A DNA stretch of 64,000 nucleotides, taken from assembly GCF_044324875.1 (NCBI RefSeq), contig NZ_CP172185.1. The stretch is one strand, 5' to 3'. Shown here piece after piece: positions 1-11,851 of the stretch. The first letter of the stretch is position 1. Every line of letters begins with the position of its first letter. The notes beneath the pieces were generated by a model that was not told the DNA's origin, did not search any database, and worked only from the letters and a program-made list of their open reading frames with translations. The stretch comes from Escherichia coli (GTDB lineage: Bacteria; Pseudomonadota; Gammaproteobacteria; Enterobacterales; Enterobacteriaceae). The position numbers and the translations under genes are program-made.

Positions 1-10
1 GCAGATAGGC

Positions 11-48
11 TAATAAAAGAACCCGAAGCCAGAACGACTGGCTTCGGG
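11..48 (-). terminator. Rho-independent terminator downstream of dsbI
   Basis: Inverted repeat cccgaagccag/ctggcttcggg (about 22-48) followed on the minus strand by a T-rich tail (ttcttttatt), just past the dsbI stop. Confidence 0.55.
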
Positions 49-58
49 TGTTGCTGAG

Positions 59-730
59 TTAGCCTCTGACGATTTTAAGCGCCCATGCGCCACTCATAAT
101 GACCAGCAGCACCAGACACATACCAAAAGCCAGCATACAAGCCTGAGCCATATTCATAAAATGCCATGGTGGTAGCAGATACCAGCCTTCAGATTGCTGA
201 TACATTTCCACAAACCACTGTTGCGTGCTGCTCAGTGTGACGCCATCAGGAACGATTGGGGCGTCATAGCCGCAATCCCCGGTAGGCTTGAACCAATTTG
301 GTGCCCACTGTGCCAGTGGCAGGTTAAAGGGAAAAGTTGGATCGGTAGAGCAACCCTGTACGCCAAACAGTGAATCGGGATCCGGATTATGTACTGCATG
401 GTGGATATCGTTCAGTTTGAGCGAAAACTTCAGTCCCAAAATGCTGCCGTAAAATGCCATCACGCAGCCAATTAGCTTTAGGATGATGTTCTTTGGGTTG
501 ATCGCTGCAACCAATCCTCCAATAACCATCACAAACATGGCGTAGCGAATGTATACACATTGCTCACAGGGTGCCATGTAGAGATAGATCTGGAAGAAAG
601 AGTGCGCCAGGATAATTAACGCGCCCATCGCAATGGCCATTAACAACCACAAAAAACGTTGTTCTTGCCATCTTACCAGCGTATCCACCGGTGAAGTGCG
701 AAGGTCTTTCCACATTCCCTTAATACCCAT
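59..730 (-). CDS. dsbI: DsbB-like disulfide oxidoreductase DsbI (membrane protein)
   Basis: 223-aa ORF with multiple hydrophobic segments and paired cysteines (CEQC); last gene after assT and dsbL. Family assignment from recall. Confidence 0.8.
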   Translation of the reverse strand: MGIKGMWKDLRTSPVDTLVRWQEQRFLWLLMAIAMGALIILAHSFFQIYLYMAPCEQCVYIRYAMFVMVIGGLVAAINPKNIILKLIGCVMAFYGSILGLKFSLKLNDIHHAVHNPDPDSLFGVQGCSTDPTFPFNLPLAQWAPNWFKPTGDCGYDAPIVPDGVTLSSTQQWFVEMYQQSEGWYLLPPWHFMNMAQACMLAFGMCLVLLVIMSGAWALKIVRG

Positions 731-744
731 AGCCTGTTTCCCTG

Positions 745-1413
745 TTATTTGCTTGCTAACTCGCGGATAAGGTCTGCCATTGAGTCAATAGATTTAATAC
801 TCTTGGTGTAGATCAGGTATTTACCATTGACGACATACGCCGGAACGCCCTGGATTTTTGCAACTTCATAAGAGGCTTTCCATTTTTCCAGTGTTTCTTG
901 AACCGCTGGTTCTTTCAGTGCCGCTTCAAAATCCGCCTGACTCATACCTGCGGCATCCAGACCGGTTTTGATAAAAGCAGCCGGATCTTTACCATCAGAC
1001 CAGCGTTCTTTTTTGTCATGATAAGCCGCGTAATAAGCAAACTTGGCTTTCTTAAACTGAGAGTTAGCATCAAATAAGGAAATGCCTGCTGCTTTATCTT
1101 TATTGATCAAGACCGCAAAGACTTCGCTTGCTTGTTTGCCGTATTCACCTTTTGTTTCCAGATGGAATGGAGTAAAAGCAACGATATCTTTCACTTTTTC
1201 CGATACCGGACCGGTAACCGCTTTGTCGTACTTGTAACAGAACGGGCAGGCGTAGCTAAATACCTTAATCAGCGTTTTGTCGGCATTCGGAATAGGTTTT
1301 TCCAGAACCATGTAATCCGTGCCTTCGGTAAATGCAGAAGCGGTAAATGAAACAGCCAAAGCTGCGGTAAGCAGTATGGTTTTAAATAGTGATGAGATCC
1401 CTAATTTCGACAT
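745..1413 (-). CDS. dsbL: Periplasmic thiol:disulfide oxidoreductase DsbL (DsbA-like)
   Basis: 222-aa ORF with N-terminal signal peptide and CPFC thioredoxin-type active site ([10 protein letters not shown]); sits between assT and dsbI. Confidence 0.8.
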   Translation of the reverse strand: MSKLGISSLFKTILLTAALAVSFTASAFTEGTDYMVLEKPIPNADKTLIKVFSYACPFCYKYDKAVTGPVSEKVKDIVAFTPFHLETKGEYGKQASEVFAVLINKDKAAGISLFDANSQFKKAKFAYYAAYHDKKERWSDGKDPAAFIKTGLDAAGMSQADFEAALKEPAVQETLEKWKASYEVAKIQGVPAYVVNGKYLIYTKSIKSIDSMADLIRELASK

Positions 1414-1430
1414 TTTTATTCCCTTCTTAA

Positions 1431-3227
1431 TTATTTGAACATCTGTTGTGGACGGACTAACAGTGCACGATAGTGAGTCTGATTGGGTTTATCTGACAGC
1501 ACGTCGATTTCCACTTTCACTTCTTTGGTTTTGTAATCGATTTCGTTCAACTTACCGACGGTTGGCTGCCCGACATCGAACAAATGAATAGAACCACCGA
1601 AGCCAAACATGGTGTTACGGTCGGCTTGATATTCAATGATGGAGGTAATCGGGCTATAGAAATCGTAGCCACGTTCTTTACCGTATTCCCACACTTGCTG
1701 AACGGTGCCTTTCTTCTCATCAATCTTATATTCCACAAAGCGGGAGTATTTCATGGTTGGTAAGGCAGGTTGTTCCAGATGACGCCCATCGCCATTATCA
1801 AAAATGGTGAGCGTTCCTTTGCTGGAAATCCAGGCGGTATGCTGGGTGTAGGTAAAGTCGAAGTCTGAGTTTTCGCACAGGCCATTTTCGTTACAGGTAA
1901 TTGGCTTCCCGTTAGCATCAACCGGTTTCAGCAGCTTGCTGGCCAGCGGTTTTTCCCAACCTTTAGAGGGCGCAAGGATCCATTTCACTTGCTTATCACG
2001 ACCAATTTTCACAACACCCTGGTGGCGAGAGGAGAGGATGATTGAGTCATCTTTTGCGTCATAGGCGATTGAGTTAACGTGCGCCCAGTTACGACCTGGC
2101 CCTACACCCAGCGCGTCGCCGAACGGTGTATCTGGTTCCAGTTTTGCCTGTTGTCCTGCATGGGCAAGGTCAACGTTAACGCAAACTGCACCTGCATCCA
2201 GCGCGCCGAGCAGTGCATCGCGTTTCGGATCGAGGATCTTGGTCAGATCCCATACATCGACAACGCGACCAGATTTATCGACTTCGAGGATATGGTCACG
2301 AATGGTGGTGACGTGTACGCCGTCATCGCGACGGTAATTGCTCTTACCTACGCGCAACAATACTGTGCCATTAGGCGTCTCAATGGACTCATGAGTGGCG
2401 TCAGCAAATCCGCGCGGTAGTTTGTGATCTTCGAGCACCTGCCCCATCATGTCGAACTCGTACCAGTGCTGACCTTGTACAGCGGTAAAGGTGCCGCGTG
2501 GTGTTTCGCGGATACCCATCAGATAACCACGCTTGTTGATATCGCGGTCACGACCATCGTAGAAGGTGTTTTGATCCAACCACCAGCGGTATTCGCCTTC
2601 GGTATCGACGATAAAGGTGAATGGCGCGATATCAAAAGGGAGTGCGCCAGTTGCCGGACCCGCATCAAGGATACCGGCATTTTTATCTTTCTCACCATGC
2701 CAGTGGAGATCGGAACCTTGGGCGGTAAAGGTGTGGGTATTAACCAGATAGAGGCGATCTTCAAAACCCGGTGCGACTTTAATAACTTTGGTCTGTTGTA
2801 AATCGGAGATAGAGCGGTTATCCATGTAATTATTGACGATGGCCGAAGTGTGCACCACATAATCATCTTTCATGACCTTGCCGTTTTCTTTCCACTCAAC
2901 GGTCACTTTGTTAGCAAATTTCTGATAAAGACCAAAAATCGGTACACCATCATAAGTTTTTAGTGATTCCTGACCCACGGGATAGCTGATTTCTACGCCT
3001 TTTTCGCCCTTCCCATGGACGGTAACTTTGACATCAGAAATGACATGGCTATCTAAGTCAACCAAAGCGGTCAGTGGTGCATTGCCGTAGGGATCGACAA
3101 TGACCGCACCCAGTTGCCCGGCAGGTGGTGCGGGTTTAAAACCTGCTGCCATCACCCCCGGTGCTGACAAACCCAGAGTTATCGCCACAGCTCCGGCTAC
3201 CAGAGTTTTTCTATATTTATCAAACAT
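1431..3227 (-). CDS. assT: Periplasmic arylsulfate sulfotransferase AssT
   Basis: 598-aa ORF with signal peptide (MFDKYRKTLVAGAVAITLGLSAPGVMAAG); size and sequence fit the AssT family; first gene of an assT-dsbL-dsbI arrangement. Confidence 0.8.
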   Translation of the reverse strand: MFDKYRKTLVAGAVAITLGLSAPGVMAAGFKPAPPAGQLGAVIVDPYGNAPLTALVDLDSHVISDVKVTVHGKGEKGVEISYPVGQESLKTYDGVPIFGLYQKFANKVTVEWKENGKVMKDDYVVHTSAIVNNYMDNRSISDLQQTKVIKVAPGFEDRLYLVNTHTFTAQGSDLHWHGEKDKNAGILDAGPATGALPFDIAPFTFIVDTEGEYRWWLDQNTFYDGRDRDINKRGYLMGIRETPRGTFTAVQGQHWYEFDMMGQVLEDHKLPRGFADATHESIETPNGTVLLRVGKSNYRRDDGVHVTTIRDHILEVDKSGRVVDVWDLTKILDPKRDALLGALDAGAVCVNVDLAHAGQQAKLEPDTPFGDALGVGPGRNWAHVNSIAYDAKDDSIILSSRHQGVVKIGRDKQVKWILAPSKGWEKPLASKLLKPVDANGKPITCNENGLCENSDFDFTYTQHTAWISSKGTLTIFDNGDGRHLEQPALPTMKYSRFVEYKIDEKKGTVQQVWEYGKERGYDFYSPITSIIEYQADRNTMFGFGGSIHLFDVGQPTVGKLNEIDYKTKEVKVEIDVLSDKPNQTHYRALLVRPQQMFK

Positions 3228-3670
3228 GGATATATCTCCTTATATAACGCAAATATATAATAATGATGAATATCGACTGTTGAGGTGGTGCTAATAAATT
3301 TGTTTTGTGAATTAAAATGTATTAATAATAATCGTTATGAATATTTTTACTGGTTTTAGATTTTTTGTATTTCTCTGTAACAAATATTTTCTTTTGGTCG
3401 ATACTAGGTGGGCAATATATCAATAACAATATTCAATATTGTGTAGTGTGATCCCAGCGACATTGTTTTTTAATTATTAAATCTATTTTTGATGCGGTGT
3501 TTGATATAAATAAACTTATAAAACAATAGGTTACAAAGTGATTTTATTGATTAATTTAATTACAGTATCGCTTACATATGACGATTTAATATTAAATTAG
3601 GAATTAATGTTAAATAAAAGTGATGGATGTGATTGATTATATATAGATGGGGGTGATGATTTGCGAAGTA
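3228..3670. promoter_or_regulatory. AT-rich noncoding region upstream of assT (promoter region)
   Basis: About 440 bp with no convincing ORF, visibly far more AT-rich than flanking genes; directly upstream of the assT start. Confidence 0.4.
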
Positions 3671-3700
3671 TAATAAATTGCCCCGGTAAACGGGGCAATA
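3671..3700 (-). terminator. Terminator hairpin downstream of ygiC
   Basis: ttgccccg-gtaaa-cggggcaa stem-loop (about 3678-3698) followed by tttattata on the minus strand, just past the ygiC stop. Confidence 0.5.
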
Positions 3701-3710
3701 TTGAACAGTA

Positions 3711-4871
3711 TTACTCAACAAAAATATGCGGATAAAACCGAGACATATCCTGGGTGATCAACGCACGGTCTTCACGAATGCCAATTCCGGCAGGTTGATC
3801 GTTCACCAGCCAGCTACCAATCAGCATATAGCTGTCGCCGAATTTCGGTAACGGGTGGAATTGCTGAACAATCATCCCTTCTTCGCCATACGGACCTTCC
3901 GCTGCTTCAATGGTTTTGCCGTTCTCAATGATCGACACGTTTGCGCCTTCACGGGAGAAGAGCGGTTTAACCACATATTTTTCCATTTGCGGATGATCAT
4001 CTTCCGCAAAATAAGCGGGCAGCAGGTTCGGGTGATTCGGGAACATCTCCCACAACAGCGGTAGAAGCGCTTTGTTGGAGATAATGCTCTTCCACGCCGG
4101 TTCCAGCCAGCGTACGCCTGCATCCTCCAGCTTGGTGGAGAACATCTCACGCAGCATAAATTCCCACGGATACAGCTTGAACAGGTTAGAAATCACCTGA
4201 TCTTGTAAATCCGTGAACTGACCTTTTTCGCCTAAACCGATATCGTCGATGTAGAGGAATTCAGTAGCGATTTCAGCTTCTGTCGCGCAGTCCTGCAAAT
4301 ACTGGATGGTTCCGCGATCTTCCACCGTGTCGCGACAGCAGGTGAGATGCAGCAACTGGAAGCCATACTGTTCACGCAACTCGACAAAGCGATCGATTAG
4401 CTTTTCTTGCAGACTGTTAAACTGGTCGCTGCCTTCCGGCAGGTTACCGGCGTTAAGCTGATCTTCCAGCCAGATCCACTGAAAGAATGCGGCTTCATAC
4501 AGTGACGTTGGCGTATCGGCGTTATTTTCCAGAAGTTTAGGTTCGCCAGTACCATCCCACGCCAGATCAAGACGCGAATAAAGCGATGGCTGGTGAGTCA
4601 GCCATGACTGGCGCACAAAACTCCAGGTGTGTTTTGGAATGCGGAATTTGGTCATCAGCTCATCGCTGGCGATCACTTTTTCAACCACTTTCAGGCACAT
4701 CTGGTGCAGTTCGGCGGTGACTTCTTCCAGCTTTTCAACCTGGGCGAGGGTCAACTTGTAGTAAGCATCTTCACACCAGTACGGTTCGCCGTACATGGTG
4801 TGAAAATTGAAACCGTATTCGTGGGCTTTTTCGCGCCAGTCCGGGCGCTCGGTAATACTGACTCTTTCCAT
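3711..4871 (-). CDS. ygiC: Glutathionylspermidine synthase-like ATP-grasp protein YgiC
   Basis: 386-aa ORF matching E. coli YgiC in length and sequence as recalled; follows ygiB. Confidence 0.85.
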   Translation of the reverse strand: MERVSITERPDWREKAHEYGFNFHTMYGEPYWCEDAYYKLTLAQVEKLEEVTAELHQMCLKVVEKVIASDELMTKFRIPKHTWSFVRQSWLTHQPSLYSRLDLAWDGTGEPKLLENNADTPTSLYEAAFFQWIWLEDQLNAGNLPEGSDQFNSLQEKLIDRFVELREQYGFQLLHLTCCRDTVEDRGTIQYLQDCATEAEIATEFLYIDDIGLGEKGQFTDLQDQVISNLFKLYPWEFMLREMFSTKLEDAGVRWLEPAWKSIISNKALLPLLWEMFPNHPNLLPAYFAEDDHPQMEKYVVKPLFSREGANVSIIENGKTIEAAEGPYGEEGMIVQQFHPLPKFGDSYMLIGSWLVNDQPAGIGIREDRALITQDMSRFYPHIFVE

Positions 4872-4876
4872 CGGTA

Positions 4877-5548
4877 TCAGCCACCCATTGAACGAGAAGA
4901 GGTGCCGGTTGCGCTACGCTGCATAGTGCTTTGTTTGGCAACAGATTCACCAAAACCGCCACGAGTAACGGTGGTGGTGGTTGCCGGTTTTGGTGCCATT
5001 GCCGTCTTCGGTACGGTCATGGTGCGGCCTGGCTGGGCTGCGCCATAGTTTTTACCGGTCGCGTCGGTATATTTACCGTAAGCCGGGCTGGCCGGGTTTT
5101 TCGAGGAGAACAGCGGCTGCTGTGCAAATCCCGCGCCGCCGCCCATCAGACGACCCATCATGTAACCGGCCATCAGCGGCATCCAGAAACTCCCGCTGGA
5201 TTGCTGGGCCTGCGCCTGGTTTTCTGGTGCCATGCCAGCCTGGGCTGGTGCCTGCTGGCACTGACCTTCACCAAATTCAGCAACACAGTCTTCACGGGTG
5301 GCGTATTTCGGCGCAGTACGTTCGGCTTCTTTCAGCGCATTGTTGTACGCGGTGGTACATTCGGCGCTTTTGCCTGGGTTTGCAGCTGAACAGTCGTCAG
5401 CATTTTGATAGAGAGACACTGTTTCATCACTCTTTTCACAGCCAGCCAGCATAAAAACAGTGGCAACCGCGAGAGCGACTGGTGTCAGATGGCGTGCGCT
5501 CCAGTTTTTGCGGAACGATGCGTGGCGTATGGATTTTGTCCGTTTCAT
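4877..5548 (-). CDS. ygiB: DUF1190 lipoprotein YgiB
   Basis: ORF 4877..5581 trimmed to the internal start [12 protein letters not shown] (223 aa); lipobox LAGC; Gly/Met-rich middle region. Confidence 0.8.
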
Positions 5549-5667
5549 TTTTGTCTTCCGGGACCAGTGGTAAATACCCATCAGAATAGAGGATGGCTGG
5601 TCGAAATTGAAGCGAGAAGGGGGAAGAATGCGGCAGATAACCCGTATCTTTACGTTGCCTTACGTTT

Positions 5668-5690
5668 AGACGGGGCCGAAGCCCCGTCGT
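5668..5690 (-). terminator. Stem-loop downstream of tolC
   Basis: gacggggc-cgaa-gccccgtc hairpin just past the tolC stop, followed on the minus strand by an A/T-rich stretch. Confidence 0.45.
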
Positions 5691-5695
5691 AGTCA

Positions 5696-7177
5696 TCAGT
5701 TACGGAAAGGGTTATGACCGTTACTGGTGGTAGTGCGTGCGGATGTTTGCTGAACGACGGGTGCCGGGCTATCAGGCGCATAACCATCAGCAATAGCATT
5801 CTGTTCCGGCGTTTGCGGGGCAACGTTTTCCGGATTAGTGGAAACCGGTTTGCTCAGCGCATTGTTCAGTGCCAGCAGATCCTGCTCGTTCAACGTACCC
5901 AGGGCTGACTTAATATTCAGCTGATTAATCAGGTAGTTATAACGCGCATTCGCCAGCTCTTGCTTGGCGTTGTACAGCGTGGTGGTCGCATCCAACACAT
6001 CAACAATGGTACGCGTACCGACCGAGTAGCCCGCTTCCATCGCATCTAATGAGCTTTGAGCGGAAACTACGGCTTGTTTGTAGGCGTTAATGCTACTGAT
6101 AGAAGCATTAATGTTGTTGAAGGAGGAACGTACGGTTTGCACGACGCTACGATGGGCGCTTTCCAGTTGCTCACTGGCACCAACAAAGTTGTACTGGGCC
6201 TGTTTCACCTGCGAGTTAACCATTCCGCCCTGATAAATCGGCAGCGAGAAGCTCAGGCCAACTTTGTTCTGGCCCATATTGCTATCGTCATACTGGGTAC
6301 CAGCGGCACCTCGGGTTTTCGAACCGCTATATGAGGTGTCAGAAATCCCGGTAGAAGCCGTTAAATCCAGAGTCGGTAAGTGACCATCCTGCGCCTGGCG
6401 AATTTGCTCGCGCGCCAGGTCCTGGCTCAAGCGCGCCTGTAACAACGACAGGTTGCGTTTTTCGGCTTCTTTCAGCAGCGCGTTAACCGGCTGTGGTTTG
6501 TCGGTTTTAAAGTTTTCGACATTCAGCGCCGCCAGTTCCGGATAGTAGTTACCGGTGATCTGGCGCAGCTGCTCTACCGCGTTATCAAGGTTATTACGTG
6601 CGGTCACTTCGTTCGCCAGCACGGTATCGTACTGTGCGCGGGCGTTCTGCACGTCAGTGATCGCTACCAGGCCCACGTTAAAACGTTGGGTGGTTTGATC
6701 TAATTGACGGTAGATCGCTTCTTTTTGCGCCTGTGTATAGGAAAGAACGTCAATAGCATTCAACACGTTGAAATAAGCGGTCGCGGTGTTGAGGATCAAG
6801 GTTTGTTGATCGGTCTGATACGTGACGTCCTGAATCCCAGCTGCTTTTTCCTGCAGCGTTAACGCACGCCATTTCGACATATCAAAAATGGATTGAGTTA
6901 ACTGCAGGGACGCACTGGTCGCGTTAGAGTTGATGCCGTTCGCGTCGCGGTAGCCGTTGCTATAGGTGTAATCTGCACCTAAACCTAGCTGTGGCAGTAA
7001 TGGACTGCGCGCTTCATTAATTTTTTCAAAGGCAGCATCACGATCGGCGGCAGACTTACGCAATTCCGGGTTACTAAGGCGTGCTTGCTGATAAACTTGC
7101 ATCAGGTTCTCGGCCTGGCTCAACGAACTGAACCCAGAGAGGCTCAGGCCGATAAGAATGGGGAGCAATTTCTTCAT
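5696..7177 (-). CDS. tolC: Outer membrane efflux channel TolC
   Basis: ORF 5696..7216 trimmed to MKKLLPILIGLSLSGFSSLSQAENLMQVYQQA (493 aa); sequence is TolC along its whole length. Confidence 0.95.
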   Translation of the reverse strand: MKKLLPILIGLSLSGFSSLSQAENLMQVYQQARLSNPELRKSAADRDAAFEKINEARSPLLPQLGLGADYTYSNGYRDANGINSNATSASLQLTQSIFDMSKWRALTLQEKAAGIQDVTYQTDQQTLILNTATAYFNVLNAIDVLSYTQAQKEAIYRQLDQTTQRFNVGLVAITDVQNARAQYDTVLANEVTARNNLDNAVEQLRQITGNYYPELAALNVENFKTDKPQPVNALLKEAEKRNLSLLQARLSQDLAREQIRQAQDGHLPTLDLTASTGISDTSYSGSKTRGAAGTQYDDSNMGQNKVGLSFSLPIYQGGMVNSQVKQAQYNFVGASEQLESAHRSVVQTVRSSFNNINASISSINAYKQAVVSAQSSLDAMEAGYSVGTRTIVDVLDATTTLYNAKQELANARYNYLINQLNIKSALGTLNEQDLLALNNALSKPVSTNPENVAPQTPEQNAIADGYAPDSPAPVVQQTSARTTTSNGHNPFRN

Positions 7178-7381
7178 TTGCATTCCTTGTGGTGAAGCAG
7201 TATTTAGCGCGATCAAACTGTAAAATTATTGCGGATTCTAGCAGAAGCCGCTACCGCAAAAGGTTGGCGTTACGTGCCATAGGGCGTTAATGTGCCTCAA
7301 TTTAACACATGACTGCTCAAACGGCAGTCAAACGTCGCTGAAATTCACATTTAATTCACTATTAGTGCCAGGACATTAACA

Positions 7382-8011
7382 ATGCTTAAGCCAGACAACC
7401 TGCCCGTTACATTTGGCAAAAACGATGTAGAAATTATTGCACGAGAAACACTTTATCGCGGCTTTTTTTCATTAGATCTTTATAGATTTCGTCATCGTCT
7501 ATTCAACGGGCAAATGAGTCATGAGGTACGGCGGGAAATTTTTGAGCGCGGTCACGCCGCAGTCTTGCTACCCTTTGACCCAGTGCGTGATGAAGTTGTG
7601 CTGATTGAGCAGATTCGGATTGCCGCGTACGACACCAGCGAAACCCCCTGGCTACTGGAGATGGTTGCCGGGATGATTGAAGAGGGTGAAAGTGTGGAAG
7701 ATGTTGCCCGTCGCGAAGCGATTGAAGAGGCGGGACTGATAGTCAAACGGACCAAACCGGTGTTAAGTTTCCTGGCAAGCCCGGGGGGCACCAGTGAGCG
7801 TTCGTCAATTATGGTGGGCGAAGTGGACGCCACGACCGCAAGCGGTATTCACGGTCTGGCTGATGAAAACGAAGATATTCGCGTTCATGTGGTAAGCCGG
7901 GAACAGGCATACCAGTGGGTAGAAGAGGGGAAAATCGACAACGCAGCGTCGGTCATCGCTTTGCAATGGCTGCAGCTGCATCATCAAGCGTTAAAAAATG
8001 AGTGGGCATAA
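7382..8011 (+). CDS. nudF: ADP-ribose pyrophosphatase (Nudix hydrolase)
   Basis: 209-aa ORF with Nudix motif ([22 protein letters not shown]); divergent from tolC as in E. coli. Confidence 0.9.
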
Positions 8012-8434
8012 ATGAAGCGTTACACACCTGACTTTCCTGAAATGATGCGCCTGTGCGAGATGAACTTTTCGCAATTGCGCCGTTTGTTGCCGCGCAATGA
8101 CGCACCCGGCGAAACTGTAAGCTATCAGGTGGCAAACGCACAATATCGGCTAACGATTGTGGAATCGACCCGATACACTACCCTGGTGACAATAGAACAG
8201 ACTGCGCCCGCGATCAGTTACTGGAGCCTTCCGTCAATGACGGTGCGTCTGTATCATGACGCGATGGTGGCTGAAGTGTGTTCAAGCCAGCAGATTTTTC
8301 GCTTCAAAGCGCGGTATGATTATCCTAATAAAAAGTTGCATCAACGCGACGAAAAGCATCAAATTAATCAGTTTCTAGCGGACTGGTTGCGATACTGTTT
8401 AGCACATGGAGCGATGGCGATTCCGGTTTACTAG
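8012..8434 (+). CDS. yqiB: DUF1249 protein YqiB
   Basis: 140-aa ORF starting immediately at the nudF stop; conserved position between nudF and cpdA. Confidence 0.8.
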
Positions 8435-8458
8435 CGTCGTGAAACCTAAGGACACCAT

Positions 8459-9286
8459 TTGGAAAGCCTGTTAACCCTTCCTCTGGCTGGTGAGGCCAGA
8501 GTCAGGATTTTACAAATTACCGACACTCACCTGTTTGCGCAAAAGCACGAAGCCCTGTTAGGGGTAAACACCTGGGAAAGCTACCAGGCGGTGCTGGAGG
8601 CGATTCGGCCACACCAGCACGAATTCGACCTGATTGTCGCGACAGGTGATTTAGCGCAGGATCAATCCTCTGCGGCCTATCAGCATTTCGCTGAAGGCAT
8701 CGCAAGTTTTCGTGCGCCCTGCGTCTGGCTGCCGGGCAACCACGATTTCCAGCCCGCGATGTACAGCGCGTTACAGGATGCGGGTATCTCCCCGGCGAAG
8801 CGGGTGTTTATTGGTGAGCAATGGCAAATCCTGTTGCTGGATAGCCAGGTGTTTGGCGTGCCGCACGGTGAGCTGAGCGAGTTTCAGCTTGAGTGGCTGG
8901 AACGTAAACTGGCCGATGCGCCAGAACGCCATACGTTGCTGCTGCTGCATCATCATCCGCTACCTGCGGGTTGTAGTTGGCTTGATCAACACAGCCTGCG
9001 TAACGCGGGCGAACTGGATACCGTGCTGGCGAAGTTTCCGCACGTCAAATACTTGCTGTGCGGTCATATTCATCAGGAGCTGGATCTCGACTGGAACGGT
9101 CGCCGCCTGCTGGCAACGCCGTCGACCTGTGTGCAGTTTAAGCCGCACTGTTCCAACTTTACGCTGGACACCATCGCGCCCGGCTGGCGTACTCTCGAGT
9201 TACATGCTGATGGCACGCTGACCACCGAGGTGCATCGCCTGGCGGACACACGTTTCCAACCTGATACCGCTTCAGAAGGCTACTGA
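8459..9286 (+). CDS. cpdA: 3',5'-cyclic AMP phosphodiesterase CpdA
   Basis: 275-aa ORF with metallophosphoesterase motifs (GDLAQD, GNHD, CGHIH). Confidence 0.9.
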   Translation: MESLLTLPLAGEARVRILQITDTHLFAQKHEALLGVNTWESYQAVLEAIRPHQHEFDLIVATGDLAQDQSSAAYQHFAEGIASFRAPCVWLPGNHDFQPAMYSALQDAGISPAKRVFIGEQWQILLLDSQVFGVPHGELSEFQLEWLERKLADAPERHTLLLLHHHPLPAGCSWLDQHSLRNAGELDTVLAKFPHVKYLLCGHIHQELDLDWNGRRLLATPSTCVQFKPHCSNFTLDTIAPGWRTLELHADGTLTTEVHRLADTRFQPDTASEGY

Positions 9287-9867
9287 TGTCTACGCTTCTT
9301 TATTTACACGGTTTCAACAGCTCGCCGCGCTCTGCAAAAGCGAGCTTGTTAAAAAACTGGTTGGCGGAACATCACCCTGACGTAGAGATGATCATTCCGC
9401 AGTTGCCGCCGTATCCTTCCGATGCGGCAGAACTGCTGGAATCCATTGTCCTGGAACATGGCGGCGATTCGCTGGGTATTGTCGGTTCGTCACTGGGGGG
9501 ATATTACGCCACCTGGTTGTCGCAATGTTTTATGCTGCCCGCAGTGGTGGTCAACCCGGCGGTGCGCCCGTTTGAACTGCTGACGGACTATCTCGGTCAG
9601 AACGAGAACCCCTACACCGGGCAGCAATATGTGCTAGAGTCACGCCATATTTACGATCTCAAAGTCATGCAGATTGACCCGCTGGAAGCGCCGGATTTGA
9701 TCTGGCTGCTGCAACAGACGGGAGATGAAGTGCTGGATTACCGCCAGGCGGTGGCGTACTACGCTTCCTGCCGCCAGACTGTCATAGAAGGCGGCAACCA
9801 CGCATTCACGGGCTTCGAAGATTATTTCAACCCGATCGTCGATTTTCTTGGTCTGCACCATCTCTGA
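9286..9867 (+). CDS. yqiA: Esterase YqiA (alpha/beta hydrolase)
   Basis: 193-aa ORF overlapping the cpdA stop by 1 nt; GSSLGG nucleophile-elbow motif. Confidence 0.85.
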   Translation: MSTLLYLHGFNSSPRSAKASLLKNWLAEHHPDVEMIIPQLPPYPSDAAELLESIVLEHGGDSLGIVGSSLGGYYATWLSQCFMLPAVVVNPAVRPFELLTDYLGQNENPYTGQQYVLESRHIYDLKVMQIDPLEAPDLIWLLQQTGDEVLDYRQAVAYYASCRQTVIEGGNHAFTGFEDYFNPIVDFLGLHHL

Positions 9868-9892
9868 CGATCAACTCGAATTGCTAACTTAA

Positions 9893-11788
<1,896 letters not shown>

Positions 11789-11816
11789 TAATCCTCCCGC
11801 CAGAAGAATAAAACAT

Positions 11817-11851
11817 AGCCCGGTATACAAGTGTATACCGGGCTTTTTTGA
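11817..11851. terminator. Bidirectional terminator between parE and the receptor gene
   Basis: agcccggtatac-aagt-gtataccgggct perfect hairpin followed by tttttt; the receptor stop codon (11852-11854) abuts it. Confidence 0.6.

Noticed and set aside
5436-5696. 86-aa minus-strand ORF spanning the tolC-ygiB spacer (possible ygiA-like ORF)
   Set aside because: Overlaps the ygiB 5' end and the tolC terminator hairpin; no RBS and no recognisable protein features; more likely a spurious frame.
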